Assembly: GCA_043803225.1 (NCBI GenBank)
Contig: JAZDKF010000012.1
Location: forward strand, 54,143 to 118,142
Direction: 5' to 3'
DNA from: Candidatus Beckwithbacteria bacterium
Lineage (GTDB): Bacteria > Patescibacteriota > Microgenomatia > UBA1400 > CG1-02-47-37
Length of the DNA: 64,000 bases
Of this stretch, positions 18,500-29,345 are shown in pieces. A program made the position numbers and the translations under genes. Position 1 is the first letter of the stretch. Every line of letters starts with the position of its first letter. The notes beneath the pieces are model-generated. The model was given only the letters and a program-made list of their open reading frames with translations. It made no database searches and was not told the DNA's origin.

Positions 18500-18818
18500 T
18501 TTCTCCCTTTAGCCAATTAAAGTATTTTTTCCCTACGTATTTGACTAGCAGGGCAATAATGCACGGCACGTCATAAGTGTGGATTTTTATTATTTCTTTT
18601 TCTATTTGTTTATATTTTGTTTCTAAAGATTTAATTATCATTACCACCTCTTTTGACTCATCAATTTTCCCTGATTTTGGGGGCCAGAAAAACATCGGTA
18701 TCATCTCCGGATAAATATTAACGCAACCGCAAAGCCTTTTATCTAGCAAATGTTTAGCTGCTTTTTTTGCCTGCTCAACGCTTTCCCAGGTTGTATAAAT
18801 CATCAACATTTTTGTCAT
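18492..18818 (-). CDS. cutA: divalent-cation tolerance protein CutA
   Basis: 108 aa, CutA1-like 'TTWESVEQAKKAAKHLLDKRLCGCVNI'. Confidence 0.7.
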   Translation of the reverse strand: MTKMLMIYTTWESVEQAKKAAKHLLDKRLCGCVNIYPEMIPMFFWPPKSGKIDESKEVVMIIKSLETKYKQIEKEIIKIHTYDVPCIIALLVKYVGKKYFNWLKGEIK

Positions 18819-18825
18819 AATGGAA

Positions 18826-20286
18826 TTATACCGTTTTAAGTTTAAAAATAATTCCTAAACCGTCTTCCATCACAATTTCAAATCTCTCATCGTTTCTTAC
18901 CTGTTCGATTAACGCCCAAAAATAAATCTTGCCTGCATAGCCGTATCTAACCTTAAACACATTTTGTAAAGTTGCATAAGGATCTTTATCTGCCCCCAAA
19001 GCCACCAACCGATACTGCTGGTATAACTCTTTATTTTTATGCCACATATACACCGGATCCATGGCTACAAAATAATGGTTATCCGGGTTGACACCGATCA
19101 AATACTGCGGGTCCGACCAATTGGCGGTAAATATCAGCTCGTCTTTATTGGTATTTTCTTTAAGCCACTGGCCGACTTGAGCATAATGGTTCCCGAACAT
19201 TGTCTCACCGCGGGACCTTAAAATTATCTGCTGTAAGCTTCTGCCCAGTAGTAAAAAAATTACCACTGTTCCCAGCAGGATTATTCCGTTGCTGTATTTT
19301 TTTACCTTCTGCCATGAAGCCGCCCAAATCATAGTTGAGCTGAGAATAAAAAAACCAAAACCATGCACAATGTACCGCTGGGACTTAAACCCCATGATTA
19401 GAAAAATTGTGCTGATAATCAGCCATACTTTTGTCGCGTAATTTAATTTTGGCTTTAACCAAATCAAGCTTGCCCCTGTGACTAAAATTCCTAAAACTAT
19501 TACTCCGTATTCGGCTAAATACTGCTGCCAGCTTAAAGGAAAAAATTCCGCTCCCAGCTCCAGCACATTCCACCTGAATGCAAACCAAGGAACCAGCAAA
19601 CCATTTAAATAAAAGTAAAATAAGTTGTTGGGAAAATTAGGGTAAATTAGCTGCGACAACAGCACTCCTAAACCAACCACCACTGCCAACTTCCACCTTT
19701 TGGCTAACACTCCATAAACCGCTGCCAGCGGCGCGGTAATGTGCAGCCAGCCGTAAACAAAACTCGCCCAGAATACTTTGTTACCCTTTTTTTGTATCAG
19801 CCAGTGGATTAACCACAAACTTAAAGCCAAAGTTAAAACAATCGGTCTGGATTCCATAACCGCTCGGAGGAAATGGTCCGAACTGAAAAACAAACTCCCG
19901 GCTATAACCAGCCAAGGCCAAGTTAAGTATTTTTTCCCCACCAGGATTAAGCTGGAAAACAAGACACCGCTGCTGATCCAAGCCGCCCATTTAGCTCCGC
20001 TAAAAATATTTTTTCCTAAAGTGAAGGGAATCAGCAGTAGATGATACAACCAGTCTTTGTCGGAAAATCGGTCATTGAAATATGACAGTTCTGCCAGCGG
20101 CAGGGTTTTTAAGAAACCCTGATGTTTCATCATTTCCGCTAGCCTGATATGGAACCATCCGTCCGCTCCCCAAATTGCCGGCGTCAGCCATTGAATTAAC
20201 AATAATCCCAGCCAGCCGCTGATTAAAATCAATATCAGCTGCCGATTCTTTCGACTCATATGCCCCGTAAATACACCGCCCGCCAT
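18826..20286 (-). CDS. polytopic membrane protein (possible GT-C-like glycosyltransferase)
   Basis: 486 aa, at least 10 predicted TM helices. No diagnostic motif. Confidence 0.4.
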   Translation of the reverse strand: MAGGVFTGHMSRKNRQLILILISGWLGLLLIQWLTPAIWGADGWFHIRLAEMMKHQGFLKTLPLAELSYFNDRFSDKDWLYHLLLIPFTLGKNIFSGAKWAAWISSGVLFSSLILVGKKYLTWPWLVIAGSLFFSSDHFLRAVMESRPIVLTLALSLWLIHWLIQKKGNKVFWASFVYGWLHITAPLAAVYGVLAKRWKLAVVVGLGVLLSQLIYPNFPNNLFYFYLNGLLVPWFAFRWNVLELGAEFFPLSWQQYLAEYGVIVLGILVTGASLIWLKPKLNYATKVWLIISTIFLIMGFKSQRYIVHGFGFFILSSTMIWAASWQKVKKYSNGIILLGTVVIFLLLGRSLQQIILRSRGETMFGNHYAQVGQWLKENTNKDELIFTANWSDPQYLIGVNPDNHYFVAMDPVYMWHKNKELYQQYRLVALGADKDPYATLQNVFKVRYGYAGKIYFWALIEQVRNDERFEIVMEDGLGIIFKLKTV

Positions 20287-21989
20287 GGAGCATAGTTTGA
20301 GTAAAACGTTTTTTTCTGTAATACTTCGCCGTTCCTGGTCACCTGCCAGTCAAAGGCAGCCTTTGCCCCCCAGGCTGCCCAATCTACCTGCTGGACTTGA
20401 CCCGGCCCTAAGGTCGGATCGTCTTGATACAGTGCCTCCGGTGGCGGCGATTGATCCCAAAGCCTGATGTTGCTGATGGTGACTTTCCGGCCGTCGCTGG
20501 TGCCGTACAACTCAAACTTTAAATAAAGCTTAGCTGTATCCACCGTTGTCTGAATTAAAATATGTCCCGGCGTGTCATTTACAAACCTTAGATCAGAGCT
20601 GGGTGAATACACAGTTGCGTCAAAACCCGGCTTTGAATTTTGTTCATAATAACTTACCCGGTAAGCATGGGCATGTCTTTCAGTAATCTTTAAGCCGGCA
20701 TCCAAAATCGCCCTGAATAGGGTAGTCGAATCCTGGCAGACTCCGCCGCCATCATCCAAAACCGTTCGGCCTTCTTTAATAATATAGGCGGTCTTATAAC
20801 CGGTCGCCGCTGAAATATCGCCCACTGCCCGGTTAAAGGAAAATTCCTCACCTGGTGCAATTAAAATCCCGTTTAGCTTGTTGGCCGTTAACACCACATT
20901 GTGAATTCTTCCCGGGATTGAATGAAAAAAAGTTGACTCGCCTTTGCCGATTAACTCATTGATGCCTAAATCATTAACTTCTTTATTGCTGATTTTCGGT
21001 TCAGTTTTTTGCACGACCAATTCCACTTCTTCAGTTGTTGCTTCATTTTGAGTTAAATTTATTAATGCCTTTTTAATTAGTTCTGCCGTCATTACTTCAT
21101 TTACTCCCAACCCCGGTAGTGCCGGCTTAAATTCCACAATCCTTTCTCCTTTGAATTGAAACACTGCATTTTGGGCCGGCCGGTTTAAATCCGCTCCTAG
21201 ACTTGCCGCCAAAGTTGCTATCTTTTCTTCGTCAAACTCTGTTTTAAACCCCACCAGATTAATTATCCCCTCGCTCTTAATTGTTCTTGAAAAATTTTCA
21301 TACTTTAACTTTAAGCTTTTAGTTTTAATTTTTTCGGCTCTTTCCTGGGCTGCTGTCAATTCTTCACCCGATACCTGAATTTGCACTAGCTGAACCGGAA
21401 TCTCTACGGTTTCAAAGTCTAAATTTTTTATTTTAGTTAAAATCATCTGAACCAGTTTTTCTTTGTCAATTATCCGGCCGTTTTTCCCCGGTTCCAAACT
21501 AATCTTGCCATCTGCCGCTAAACTTAAACTCGGCATAATCGGTTCTTCCACCAATCCCGCTACCACTACTTCAACCAACTCTCTTAACTTATCTTCGTTT
21601 AGCTTTAACTCCATTTCTAAGTTTGCTCCCGCCCGCCACTGCTGCCACTTTAATTTTAAATCTTTAATAAATCCCTGGCTTCTACCCCTTAAATATATTT
21701 TTTCTGCAGTCAACTTTGGTTCATACTTAATCTCTAACTCATTTAAACTTAAAGGCCACTCTTGGTTGCTGAATCTTAACCGCATTTCTTTGGGTAATTC
21801 AGCTGTCACTTGCCCCAGCTTAACCTCTGCCTCAGCCAAACTGAAATTTGATAAATTTGTTCCGCCGACAAATATATACGGATAAATTTTTTGATTGTAA
21901 GCCAGATGGTATAAAGATAAAATTCCGCTGACTATAATCAGTAAACTTGAAACTGCGACTAAACCAATTTTAACCAAGTTGCTTCTCAT
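20256..21989 (-). CDS. VanW domain-containing protein (membrane-anchored)
   Basis: N-terminal TM. VanW core 'GILIAPGEEFSFNRAVGDISAATGYKTAYII...GGGVCQDSTTLF'. Confidence 0.75.
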   Translation of the reverse strand: MRSNLVKIGLVAVSSLLIIVSGILSLYHLAYNQKIYPYIFVGGTNLSNFSLAEAEVKLGQVTAELPKEMRLRFSNQEWPLSLNELEIKYEPKLTAEKIYLRGRSQGFIKDLKLKWQQWRAGANLEMELKLNEDKLRELVEVVVAGLVEEPIMPSLSLAADGKISLEPGKNGRIIDKEKLVQMILTKIKNLDFETVEIPVQLVQIQVSGEELTAAQERAEKIKTKSLKLKYENFSRTIKSEGIINLVGFKTEFDEEKIATLAASLGADLNRPAQNAVFQFKGERIVEFKPALPGLGVNEVMTAELIKKALINLTQNEATTEEVELVVQKTEPKISNKEVNDLGINELIGKGESTFFHSIPGRIHNVVLTANKLNGILIAPGEEFSFNRAVGDISAATGYKTAYIIKEGRTVLDDGGGVCQDSTTLFRAILDAGLKITERHAHAYRVSYYEQNSKPGFDATVYSPSSDLRFVNDTPGHILIQTTVDTAKLYLKFELYGTSDGRKVTISNIRLWDQSPPPEALYQDDPTLGPGQVQQVDWAAWGAKAAFDWQVTRNGEVLQKKTFYSNYAPWRAVYLRGI

Positions 21990-22016
21990 AATAAGGCTTG
22001 TTAAGATAATAACATA

Positions 22017-23495
22017 ATGCCCGACGATCCTCTAACCCCACCACCATCAACTACACCTGCTCCTGAACCCCCCTTTCCTATTCCGGTTGATGAAGCTAAT
22101 CCTTCCACACCAGCCGCAACCGCTCCGGCCGTTGATCTGCCTCCACCGCCCCCGCCGGCGCCAGCCGGAGAACCAGCCAAAGACACAACCGTCACCAAAC
22201 CTGTTTTTAAACGTTTGCTTCCGATTTTAATTGGTATCGGCCTTCTCCTTCTACTGATCCTCTTAGTGACTAAAGTAATCTTGCCCAAATTCCAAAAACC
22301 CAAAACCCCGGACATTATTACTTTAAAGTATTGGGGCCTTTGGGAACCGGAAAACTTAATGGCTGATGTGATTGCCGATTATCAAAAACAAAATCCCAAC
22401 GTCACCATTCAATATGTTCGTCAATCTTCCAAAGATTACCGCGAACGGCTTCAATCCAGTTTAGCCAAAGGCGACGGACCGGACATTTTCCGCTGGCACA
22501 ATACTTGGCTGCCAATGCTTAAAAGCGATCTAAGTCCGGTTCCGGATACGGCCTACACTCCTAATGAATTTGACACTACTTTCTATCCGATCGTAAAAAA
22601 AGACTCCTTTTTTAACGGCCGCTACTACGGCGTGCCCTTGATGTTTGACGCCCTGGCTCTTTATGTTAACGAAGATATTTTTCAAGCCGATTCCAGTTTA
22701 AAAGTTCCCACTACCTGGGACAATCTTCGTCAAACTGCCTATAAACTCACCCAGCGTGACAGCCGCGGCCAACCGGTTCGGGCAGGAATTGCCCTGGGCA
22801 CGGCTGCTAATGTCGACAACTTTTCCGACATCTTAGGTTTAATGATTTTGCAAAACTCTGGCGATCCGGGCAAACCTGACTCTGAAGCCGTCACCTCAGC
22901 TCTTAAGTTTTACACGCTTTTTGCTTCTCAGGATAAAACTTTCAGCGACCAACTGCCCAACTCCACCTACGCTTTTGCCACCAACAAAGCGGTAATGATG
23001 ATTGCTCCCTCTTGGCGGGCAATCGAGGTTAAAACGATAAATCCTCAGTTGAACTTTAAACTTTACGCTGTGCCGCAACTTCCGGGCACGAACATTACCT
23101 GGGCTACCTACTGGCTTGAAGGCGTTTCCAAAAAATCGCTCTTTCAAGAAGCCGCCTGGGCTTTTGTTAAATACCTAAGTTCCCGAGAAGTCTTAACCAA
23201 GATGTACACCGCTGCCTCCCAAACCCGTCTTTTTGGCGAACCTTACCCCCGCCAGGATATGGCCAGTTTGCTCCAAGCCGATCCTTTTGTCGGTGCCATT
23301 CTGTCTCAGGCTCTTTCGACTCAATCCTGGCCCTTGGCCTCCCGGACTTTTGACAATGGCTTAAACGATAAAATCATTCAGTATTATCATGATGCTATTA
23401 ACAGCTATCTTTCCGGCCAACCCGAAGCTGATATTACCAAAAACCTCTCCAAAGGCGTTACCCAAGTTCTGTCCCAATACGGTCTGACTAAATGA
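22017..23495 (+). CDS. extracellular solute-binding protein (sugar ABC transporter, family 1), TM-anchored with Pro-rich N-tail
   Basis: N-terminal 'PPPSTTPAPEPP...PPPPPPAPAGEP', TM 'LLPILIGIGLLLLLILLV', then SBP_bac_1-like 'ITLKYWGLWEP...DGPDIFRWHNTW'. Confidence 0.7.
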   Translation: MPDDPLTPPPSTTPAPEPPFPIPVDEANPSTPAATAPAVDLPPPPPPAPAGEPAKDTTVTKPVFKRLLPILIGIGLLLLLILLVTKVILPKFQKPKTPDIITLKYWGLWEPENLMADVIADYQKQNPNVTIQYVRQSSKDYRERLQSSLAKGDGPDIFRWHNTWLPMLKSDLSPVPDTAYTPNEFDTTFYPIVKKDSFFNGRYYGVPLMFDALALYVNEDIFQADSSLKVPTTWDNLRQTAYKLTQRDSRGQPVRAGIALGTAANVDNFSDILGLMILQNSGDPGKPDSEAVTSALKFYTLFASQDKTFSDQLPNSTYAFATNKAVMMIAPSWRAIEVKTINPQLNFKLYAVPQLPGTNITWATYWLEGVSKKSLFQEAAWAFVKYLSSREVLTKMYTAASQTRLFGEPYPRQDMASLLQADPFVGAILSQALSTQSWPLASRTFDNGLNDKIIQYYHDAINSYLSGQPEADITKNLSKGVTQVLSQYGLTK

Positions 23496-24715
23496 CGCTA
23501 ATAAACCAAGCGATCTATCAAACGCTGTGTTATGCGGATATTTTTGACTATCCTCTCTCTCGGTCGCAGTTGCACCGTTTTCTCATTTCCACCTCTCACG
23601 TGCCGCTGTCGGCGCTGCCCAAAAAACAATTCTTTTACCTTCCCGGCCGCCGTTCCTTGTTGGCTCTCCGCCGTTCCCGCCGGCGCTTTAGTCAATTAAA
23701 GTCTCAAAAACTTCAGCGTCGGCTTTGGTTGTTTAAACTTATTCCTTGGATCAAGTTAGTGGCTGTCTCCGGCGCTTTAACGATGAATAACTCGAATGCC
23801 GCTGACGACATCGACTTGTTAATTGTGACTGCTAAAAACCGCCTCTGGCTCACTCGTGCCTTATTATTGTTTTTTCCTTCCCGCCGCCGCTATCACCTCC
23901 GAGCGGCTAATAAATTTTGTTTTAATCTTTGGCTGGACGAAACCGTCCTCAGTTTGCCCCCAAGTCAGCGCAACCTTTATACTGCTCATGAACTGGCTCA
24001 GCTTAAGCCGGTTTTAAACCGCAATCAGACTTATCAAAAATTAATTCATGCCAACTTATGGCTTCAAGCCTTCTTACCCAACTGGACGCCTGTCCTGCAA
24101 GGTCCGACCTTGAAGGCTGAATCTTCAAAAAGGTCGGACCTTATTGAAATTCTTGAGATTTTTGCTTTTAAATTTCAATCTCTTTATATGAAGTCAAAGA
24201 AAACTTCAGAAAAGGTCGGTCGCCATTTTGCTTTTTTTCACCCTAGGCCAACCGGAAAAATCATTTTAACTGCTTACCGCTGCCGTTTACAAGGACAGAC
24301 CTTGAAGGTTTTAGTTACCGGTTGTTTTGATCTTCTTCATCCCATGCACCGTAGTTTATTACTGGCCGCCAAAAAACTTGGCGGCCAGCTTTTAGTTGGA
24401 TTGGAAACCGACCTGCGTGTTCGCCAGCTCAAAGGAAAAGACCGCCCCGTTAATTCTTTACCCATCCGTATTCAGAATCTTAAAAAGTTGGGGATTGCTG
24501 ATCAGGTTTTTAGCTTACCGGAAAAATTCTCTTCTGCCAAAGATCACCTTGCTTTCCTTAACCAGCTTAAACCTGATATCTTAGCTGTCTCTGCCTCCAC
24601 TCCCAACTTACCCGCTAAACGCCGCCTTCTGCGCCAGCTCCACGGTCACGTCATTGTCGTTCTGCCCTTTAACCCCAAAATCTCCACCACCAAACTGCTA
24701 AAATTAAAACAATGA
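23492..24715 (+). CDS. two-domain protein: N-terminal minimal nucleotidyltransferase-fold (LicD/pol-beta-like 'GS...DxD') + C-terminal TagD-like cytidylyltransferase (HxGH)
   Basis: N-terminal 'VSGALTMNNSNAADDIDLLIV' (hG[GS]-x~10-DxD). C-terminal 'KVLVTGCFDLLHPMH...NPKISTTKLL' parallels glycerol-3-phosphate cytidylyltransferase 'GTFDLLHxGH...ISTTKI'. Confidence 0.6.
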   Translation: MTLINQAIYQTLCYADIFDYPLSRSQLHRFLISTSHVPLSALPKKQFFYLPGRRSLLALRRSRRRFSQLKSQKLQRRLWLFKLIPWIKLVAVSGALTMNNSNAADDIDLLIVTAKNRLWLTRALLLFFPSRRRYHLRAANKFCFNLWLDETVLSLPPSQRNLYTAHELAQLKPVLNRNQTYQKLIHANLWLQAFLPNWTPVLQGPTLKAESSKRSDLIEILEIFAFKFQSLYMKSKKTSEKVGRHFAFFHPRPTGKIILTAYRCRLQGQTLKVLVTGCFDLLHPMHRSLLLAAKKLGGQLLVGLETDLRVRQLKGKDRPVNSLPIRIQNLKKLGIADQVFSLPEKFSSAKDHLAFLNQLKPDILAVSASTPNLPAKRRLLRQLHGHVIVVLPFNPKISTTKLLKLKQ

Positions 24716-25494
24716 ATAATTATCAGTTTCTTCGCGATTATCAGAATCTTCAATATTCCCTAATGTTTGATCAGTTAATAGAGCTTGGTTTTTGTAGAAT
24801 TAGTTACTGTGCTGGCGACAATTCTAATTTTTGGAATCAAGCCCTAACTAATCAACTTCTTTCATCAGAACAGCTTAAACAAATTGAATATAATTTAACA
24901 AAGTTAAATCGGCAATCAACAGTTTATTTTGAAAATAAAAAGACCTTAAACCAGTTAGCGATATTATTAAAAACTAACAAGTATAATTTTTCTTATGAAG
25001 ACAGTTGGCTATTTTATACAAAAAATAGTCTTGATTCTTCTCGATTTAAACAAGTTAAGAAAATATCTACAGAGAAAGAGTTGGAAACGTTTATTAAAAC
25101 ATTTAACTCTTGTTATCAAAAAAACGACCCCCAAAATGCCTATGGTGAACTTGGGGATTATTTAAAAGTAACAGAAGTGATTTGGGAAAAACATCATCAA
25201 AATAATCGTGTTGAATATTTTATTTGTTTTGAAAAAAACGAGCCTGTCGCGGTTTCCTCGTTAACTAATTATCAGCAAATAGGCTATATTTCCAACGTTG
25301 GGTCATTAAAAAAAGTCAGGGGAAAAGGTTTTGGTAAATTAGCAACTCTATATTGTGTGGCTGAATCGATAAAACAAGGCAACCAATATCACTGTTTAAC
25401 TACAGAAGAAAGCACCTATGCAGATGAGTTTTATAAACGAATTGGTTTTGAGAAAAAATTTTCTGCTGTTGCCTACACAAAAACTTCTCCTTGA
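24712..25494 (+). CDS. GNAT family acetyltransferase (low-GC gene)
   Basis: C-terminal 'VRGKGFGKLATLYCVAE...YKRIGFEK' GNAT motif. ATGA overlap with upstream gene. Visibly AT-rich codon usage. Confidence 0.6.
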   Translation: MNNYQFLRDYQNLQYSLMFDQLIELGFCRISYCAGDNSNFWNQALTNQLLSSEQLKQIEYNLTKLNRQSTVYFENKKTLNQLAILLKTNKYNFSYEDSWLFYTKNSLDSSRFKQVKKISTEKELETFIKTFNSCYQKNDPQNAYGELGDYLKVTEVIWEKHHQNNRVEYFICFEKNEPVAVSSLTNYQQIGYISNVGSLKKVRGKGFGKLATLYCVAESIKQGNQYHCLTTEESTYADEFYKRIGFEKKFSAVAYTKTSP

Positions 25495-25517
25495 CAAGAA
25501 AAAAACTATTCGATAAA

Positions 25518-25544
25518 CTAGCACTTGTTATCATTGAGTGATAA
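25518..25544. promoter_or_regulatory. CIRCE-like HrcA operator upstream of groES
   Basis: CTAGCACTT-N9-GAGTGATAA against consensus TTAGCACTC-N9-GAGTGCTAA. RBS 'aaggagga' at 25556-25563. Confidence 0.5.
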
Positions 25545-25568
25545 TATTATTTTTTAAGGAGGATATTT

Positions 25569-27523
<1,955 letters not shown>

Positions 27524-27546
27524 TGTAAAAATATTATAAATTCTCA

Positions 27547-27572
27547 AGCCCCGGCACTCCGCCGGGGCTTTT
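27547..27572 (+). terminator. rho-independent terminator after groEL
   Basis: AGCCCCGGC-ACTCC-GCCGGGGCT perfect 9-bp GC stem followed by TTTT. Confidence 0.6.
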
Positions 27573-27586
27573 GGTAGAATAAGTCT

Positions 27587-27946
27587 ATGGCGTTTCCTTT
27601 AGACCTAATTCAACTTATTGAAAAACACCCGGTAGCGATTGGCACGACTATGCCAGCCGGAAAGCCGAACATTACTCCGGTGGCTTATGTGAAAGTAGTT
27701 GGGGATAGCCAAATTCTAATTACTGACAACTTCATGAATCAGTTAATTAAAGATATTCAAAACAATCCGTCAGTTACTTTAGCAGTTTGGAATCCGGAAA
27801 TGAGCGGTTATAAATTAATTGGTCAGGCAGAATATTTTACTTCCGGCCCATGGTTTGAAAAAGTCAAATCCATTCCTGAGAACAAAAATATGCCCTGCAA
27901 GGGTGCAGTATTAGTAACAGTTACTAAGTTTTTCCCTACAAAATAA
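27587..27946 (+). CDS. pyridoxamine 5'-phosphate oxidase-like FMN-binding split-barrel protein
   Basis: 119 aa, 'AIGTTMPAGKPNITPVAYVKV' PNPOx-family pattern. Confidence 0.6.
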   Translation: MAFPLDLIQLIEKHPVAIGTTMPAGKPNITPVAYVKVVGDSQILITDNFMNQLIKDIQNNPSVTLAVWNPEMSGYKLIGQAEYFTSGPWFEKVKSIPENKNMPCKGAVLVTVTKFFPTK

Positions 27947-27950
27947 TTTT

Positions 27951-28106
27951 ATGCTTTCCCTTAAACTTTTAAAGCCCTACCTGATTGGCATTCTCGCCTC
28001 GATTGTTTTACTTCTGCTCGGTTTAGCCATCTTAGGCATCTCTTTAATTTCCGCCAACCGCGAGCAGGCCGCCACTATCCAGCCAGTCTTCACCCAGCCC
28101 CAATGA
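27951..28106 (+). CDS. small hydrophobic protein (51 aa), possible
   Basis: ATG-initiated ORF MLSLKLLKPYLIGILASIVLLLLGLAILGISLISANREQAATIQPVFTQPQ with ATGA overlap into the next gene. Below the track cutoff. Confidence 0.25.
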   Translation: MLSLKLLKPYLIGILASIVLLLLGLAILGISLISANREQAATIQPVFTQPQ

Positions 28107-28462
28107 CCGAATATCCGCTAGCGCCGCATCTAAATAGAAACACTGAAGTTCTGACAGTTACAGAAATTCTTCATCCGGGAAATTTTCGTCCGGAAATGAG
28201 CCTTGCCAGAATTGAATTAGACGGGGAAAATGTCAAAAACCGCAACCTTGAAGCCAGTTCCTTATATATTGTTGTTGATGGTGAAGGTAAATTTACAATT
28301 TTTGGTCAAAAAGGGGAGAAAGATAAAATCATCAAGGTTAAAAAAGGCGACTCAGTCTTTATTGCCAAAGGAACTTGGTATCAAGATTCAGGCAATATGA
28401 CAATGTATTCAATTTGCTCTCCGGCCTGGGATGGGAAAAAAGTTGAAATCGCTGCTGCTTAA
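28103..28462 (+). CDS. cupin domain protein
   Basis: 119 aa. Beta-barrel pattern 'LYIVVDGEGKFTI...KGDSVFIAKGTWYQ'. Confidence 0.55.
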   Translation: MTEYPLAPHLNRNTEVLTVTEILHPGNFRPEMSLARIELDGENVKNRNLEASSLYIVVDGEGKFTIFGQKGEKDKIIKVKKGDSVFIAKGTWYQDSGNMTMYSICSPAWDGKKVEIAAA

Positions 28463-29160
28463 ATCGAAAAATCCGGTAAAACCGTTTGCGGATCAATTGC
28501 CTTACCGTCTTGATAAATCTCTAAGTGTAAATGCGGTCCGGTTGTCCAGCCGGTCATACCCACTGTTCCCAGCACCAGCTCTTTTTCAATTACTTCACCT
28601 TCAATTACCCTGATTTGATTTAAGTGGGCATAACGCGACTTTAAGCCCTTTTCGTGTTCTACGACCACAGTGTTGCCCCAGCCAATCCTGCCAAAGCTAA
28701 CCTCAACCACGCGGCCTCTGGCAATCGGTCTCATCTCGGTGTCATAGGGAGCTAAAATATCAATCGCCCGATGGAAACCATGGAAGCCTTGGGCCACGAT
28801 CCCCTCAACCGGTTTTTGCAAAGTTTCCTGGGTAATAATTTGGCTTTCCGGCTGCATTAATATTGTCTGGTCGGTTGCCAAAGTTTCATTGGCCGCTAAA
28901 ATATTGCCCATTAAACCAAACAGCATAATTACGATAGTTAAACCCACTCCGACAAATCTTTTGGCCCTTTTATTCTCAAAAGCCTTGGTAAACACCTTGG
29001 AAATCGGGTGGCCGCCCGGTCTGCCTGGCTTTTTCTTCGGTATAAATACTCTATAGATCTGGTAGGGCAGCATTAAAGTCGCCAAAACCAGCTCGGAAAA
29101 GACGAGTTTTAAACTTCTCTTGCCAATAGTCGCGATCATTAACCCTTTCTGTTTACGCAT
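28459..29160 (-). CDS. M23 family metallopeptidase (LytM-like), membrane-anchored
   Basis: 'HRAIDILAP...GWTTGPHLHLEIY' M23 motifs. Start moved to MRKQKG (ATG complement 29158-29160), which has a GGAGGA RBS 7-13 nt upstream on the coding strand. Confidence 0.8.
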   Translation of the reverse strand: MRKQKGLMIATIGKRSLKLVFSELVLATLMLPYQIYRVFIPKKKPGRPGGHPISKVFTKAFENKRAKRFVGVGLTIVIMLFGLMGNILAANETLATDQTILMQPESQIITQETLQKPVEGIVAQGFHGFHRAIDILAPYDTEMRPIARGRVVEVSFGRIGWGNTVVVEHEKGLKSRYAHLNQIRVIEGEVIEKELVLGTVGMTGWTTGPHLHLEIYQDGKAIDPQTVLPDFSI

Positions 29161-29231
29161 AAAAAAATCCTCCATTACTTGGAGGACAATACCTGTCATT
29201 ATACCACAACACCCTATAATGTCAATTTTAG

Positions 29232-29302
29232 AGGCCTGGGCGGGATTTGCACCCACGTAAACGGTTTTGCAGACCGCGCCCTAACTACTCGGACACCAGG
29301 CC
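29232..29302 (-). tRNA. tRNA-Cys (anticodon GCA), candidate
   Basis: Minus-strand 71-nt cloverleaf GGCCTGG-TG-TCCGAGTAGTTAGGG-C-GCGGT-CTGCAAA-ACCGT-TTAC-GTGGG-TGCAAAT-CCCGC-CCAGGCC-T. Perfect 7-bp acceptor stem, 5-bp anticodon stem with U33 and anticodon GCA, U73 discriminator (a Cys identity element). The T-loop has G in place of the usual U55. Confidence 0.5.
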
Positions 29303-29345
29303 GCTCTATTTGTATTTTACCATTATTTTTGTTAAGATTTCTCTG

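Noticed and set aside
21463-23147. Antisense ORFs inside VanW and the SBP gene (140, 104, 83 aa), including a Gly-rich one at 22001-22315
   Set aside because: The Gly-rich translation is the antisense of the Pro-rich SBP N-terminus. No independent support.
29247-29345. Extended N-terminus (MHPRKRFCRPRPNYSDTRPLY...) of the PEGA lipoprotein ORF as given in the track
   Set aside because: Overlaps the candidate tRNA-Cys on the opposite strand. A lipoprotein signal peptide with lipobox begins cleanly at the internal ATG 29346.
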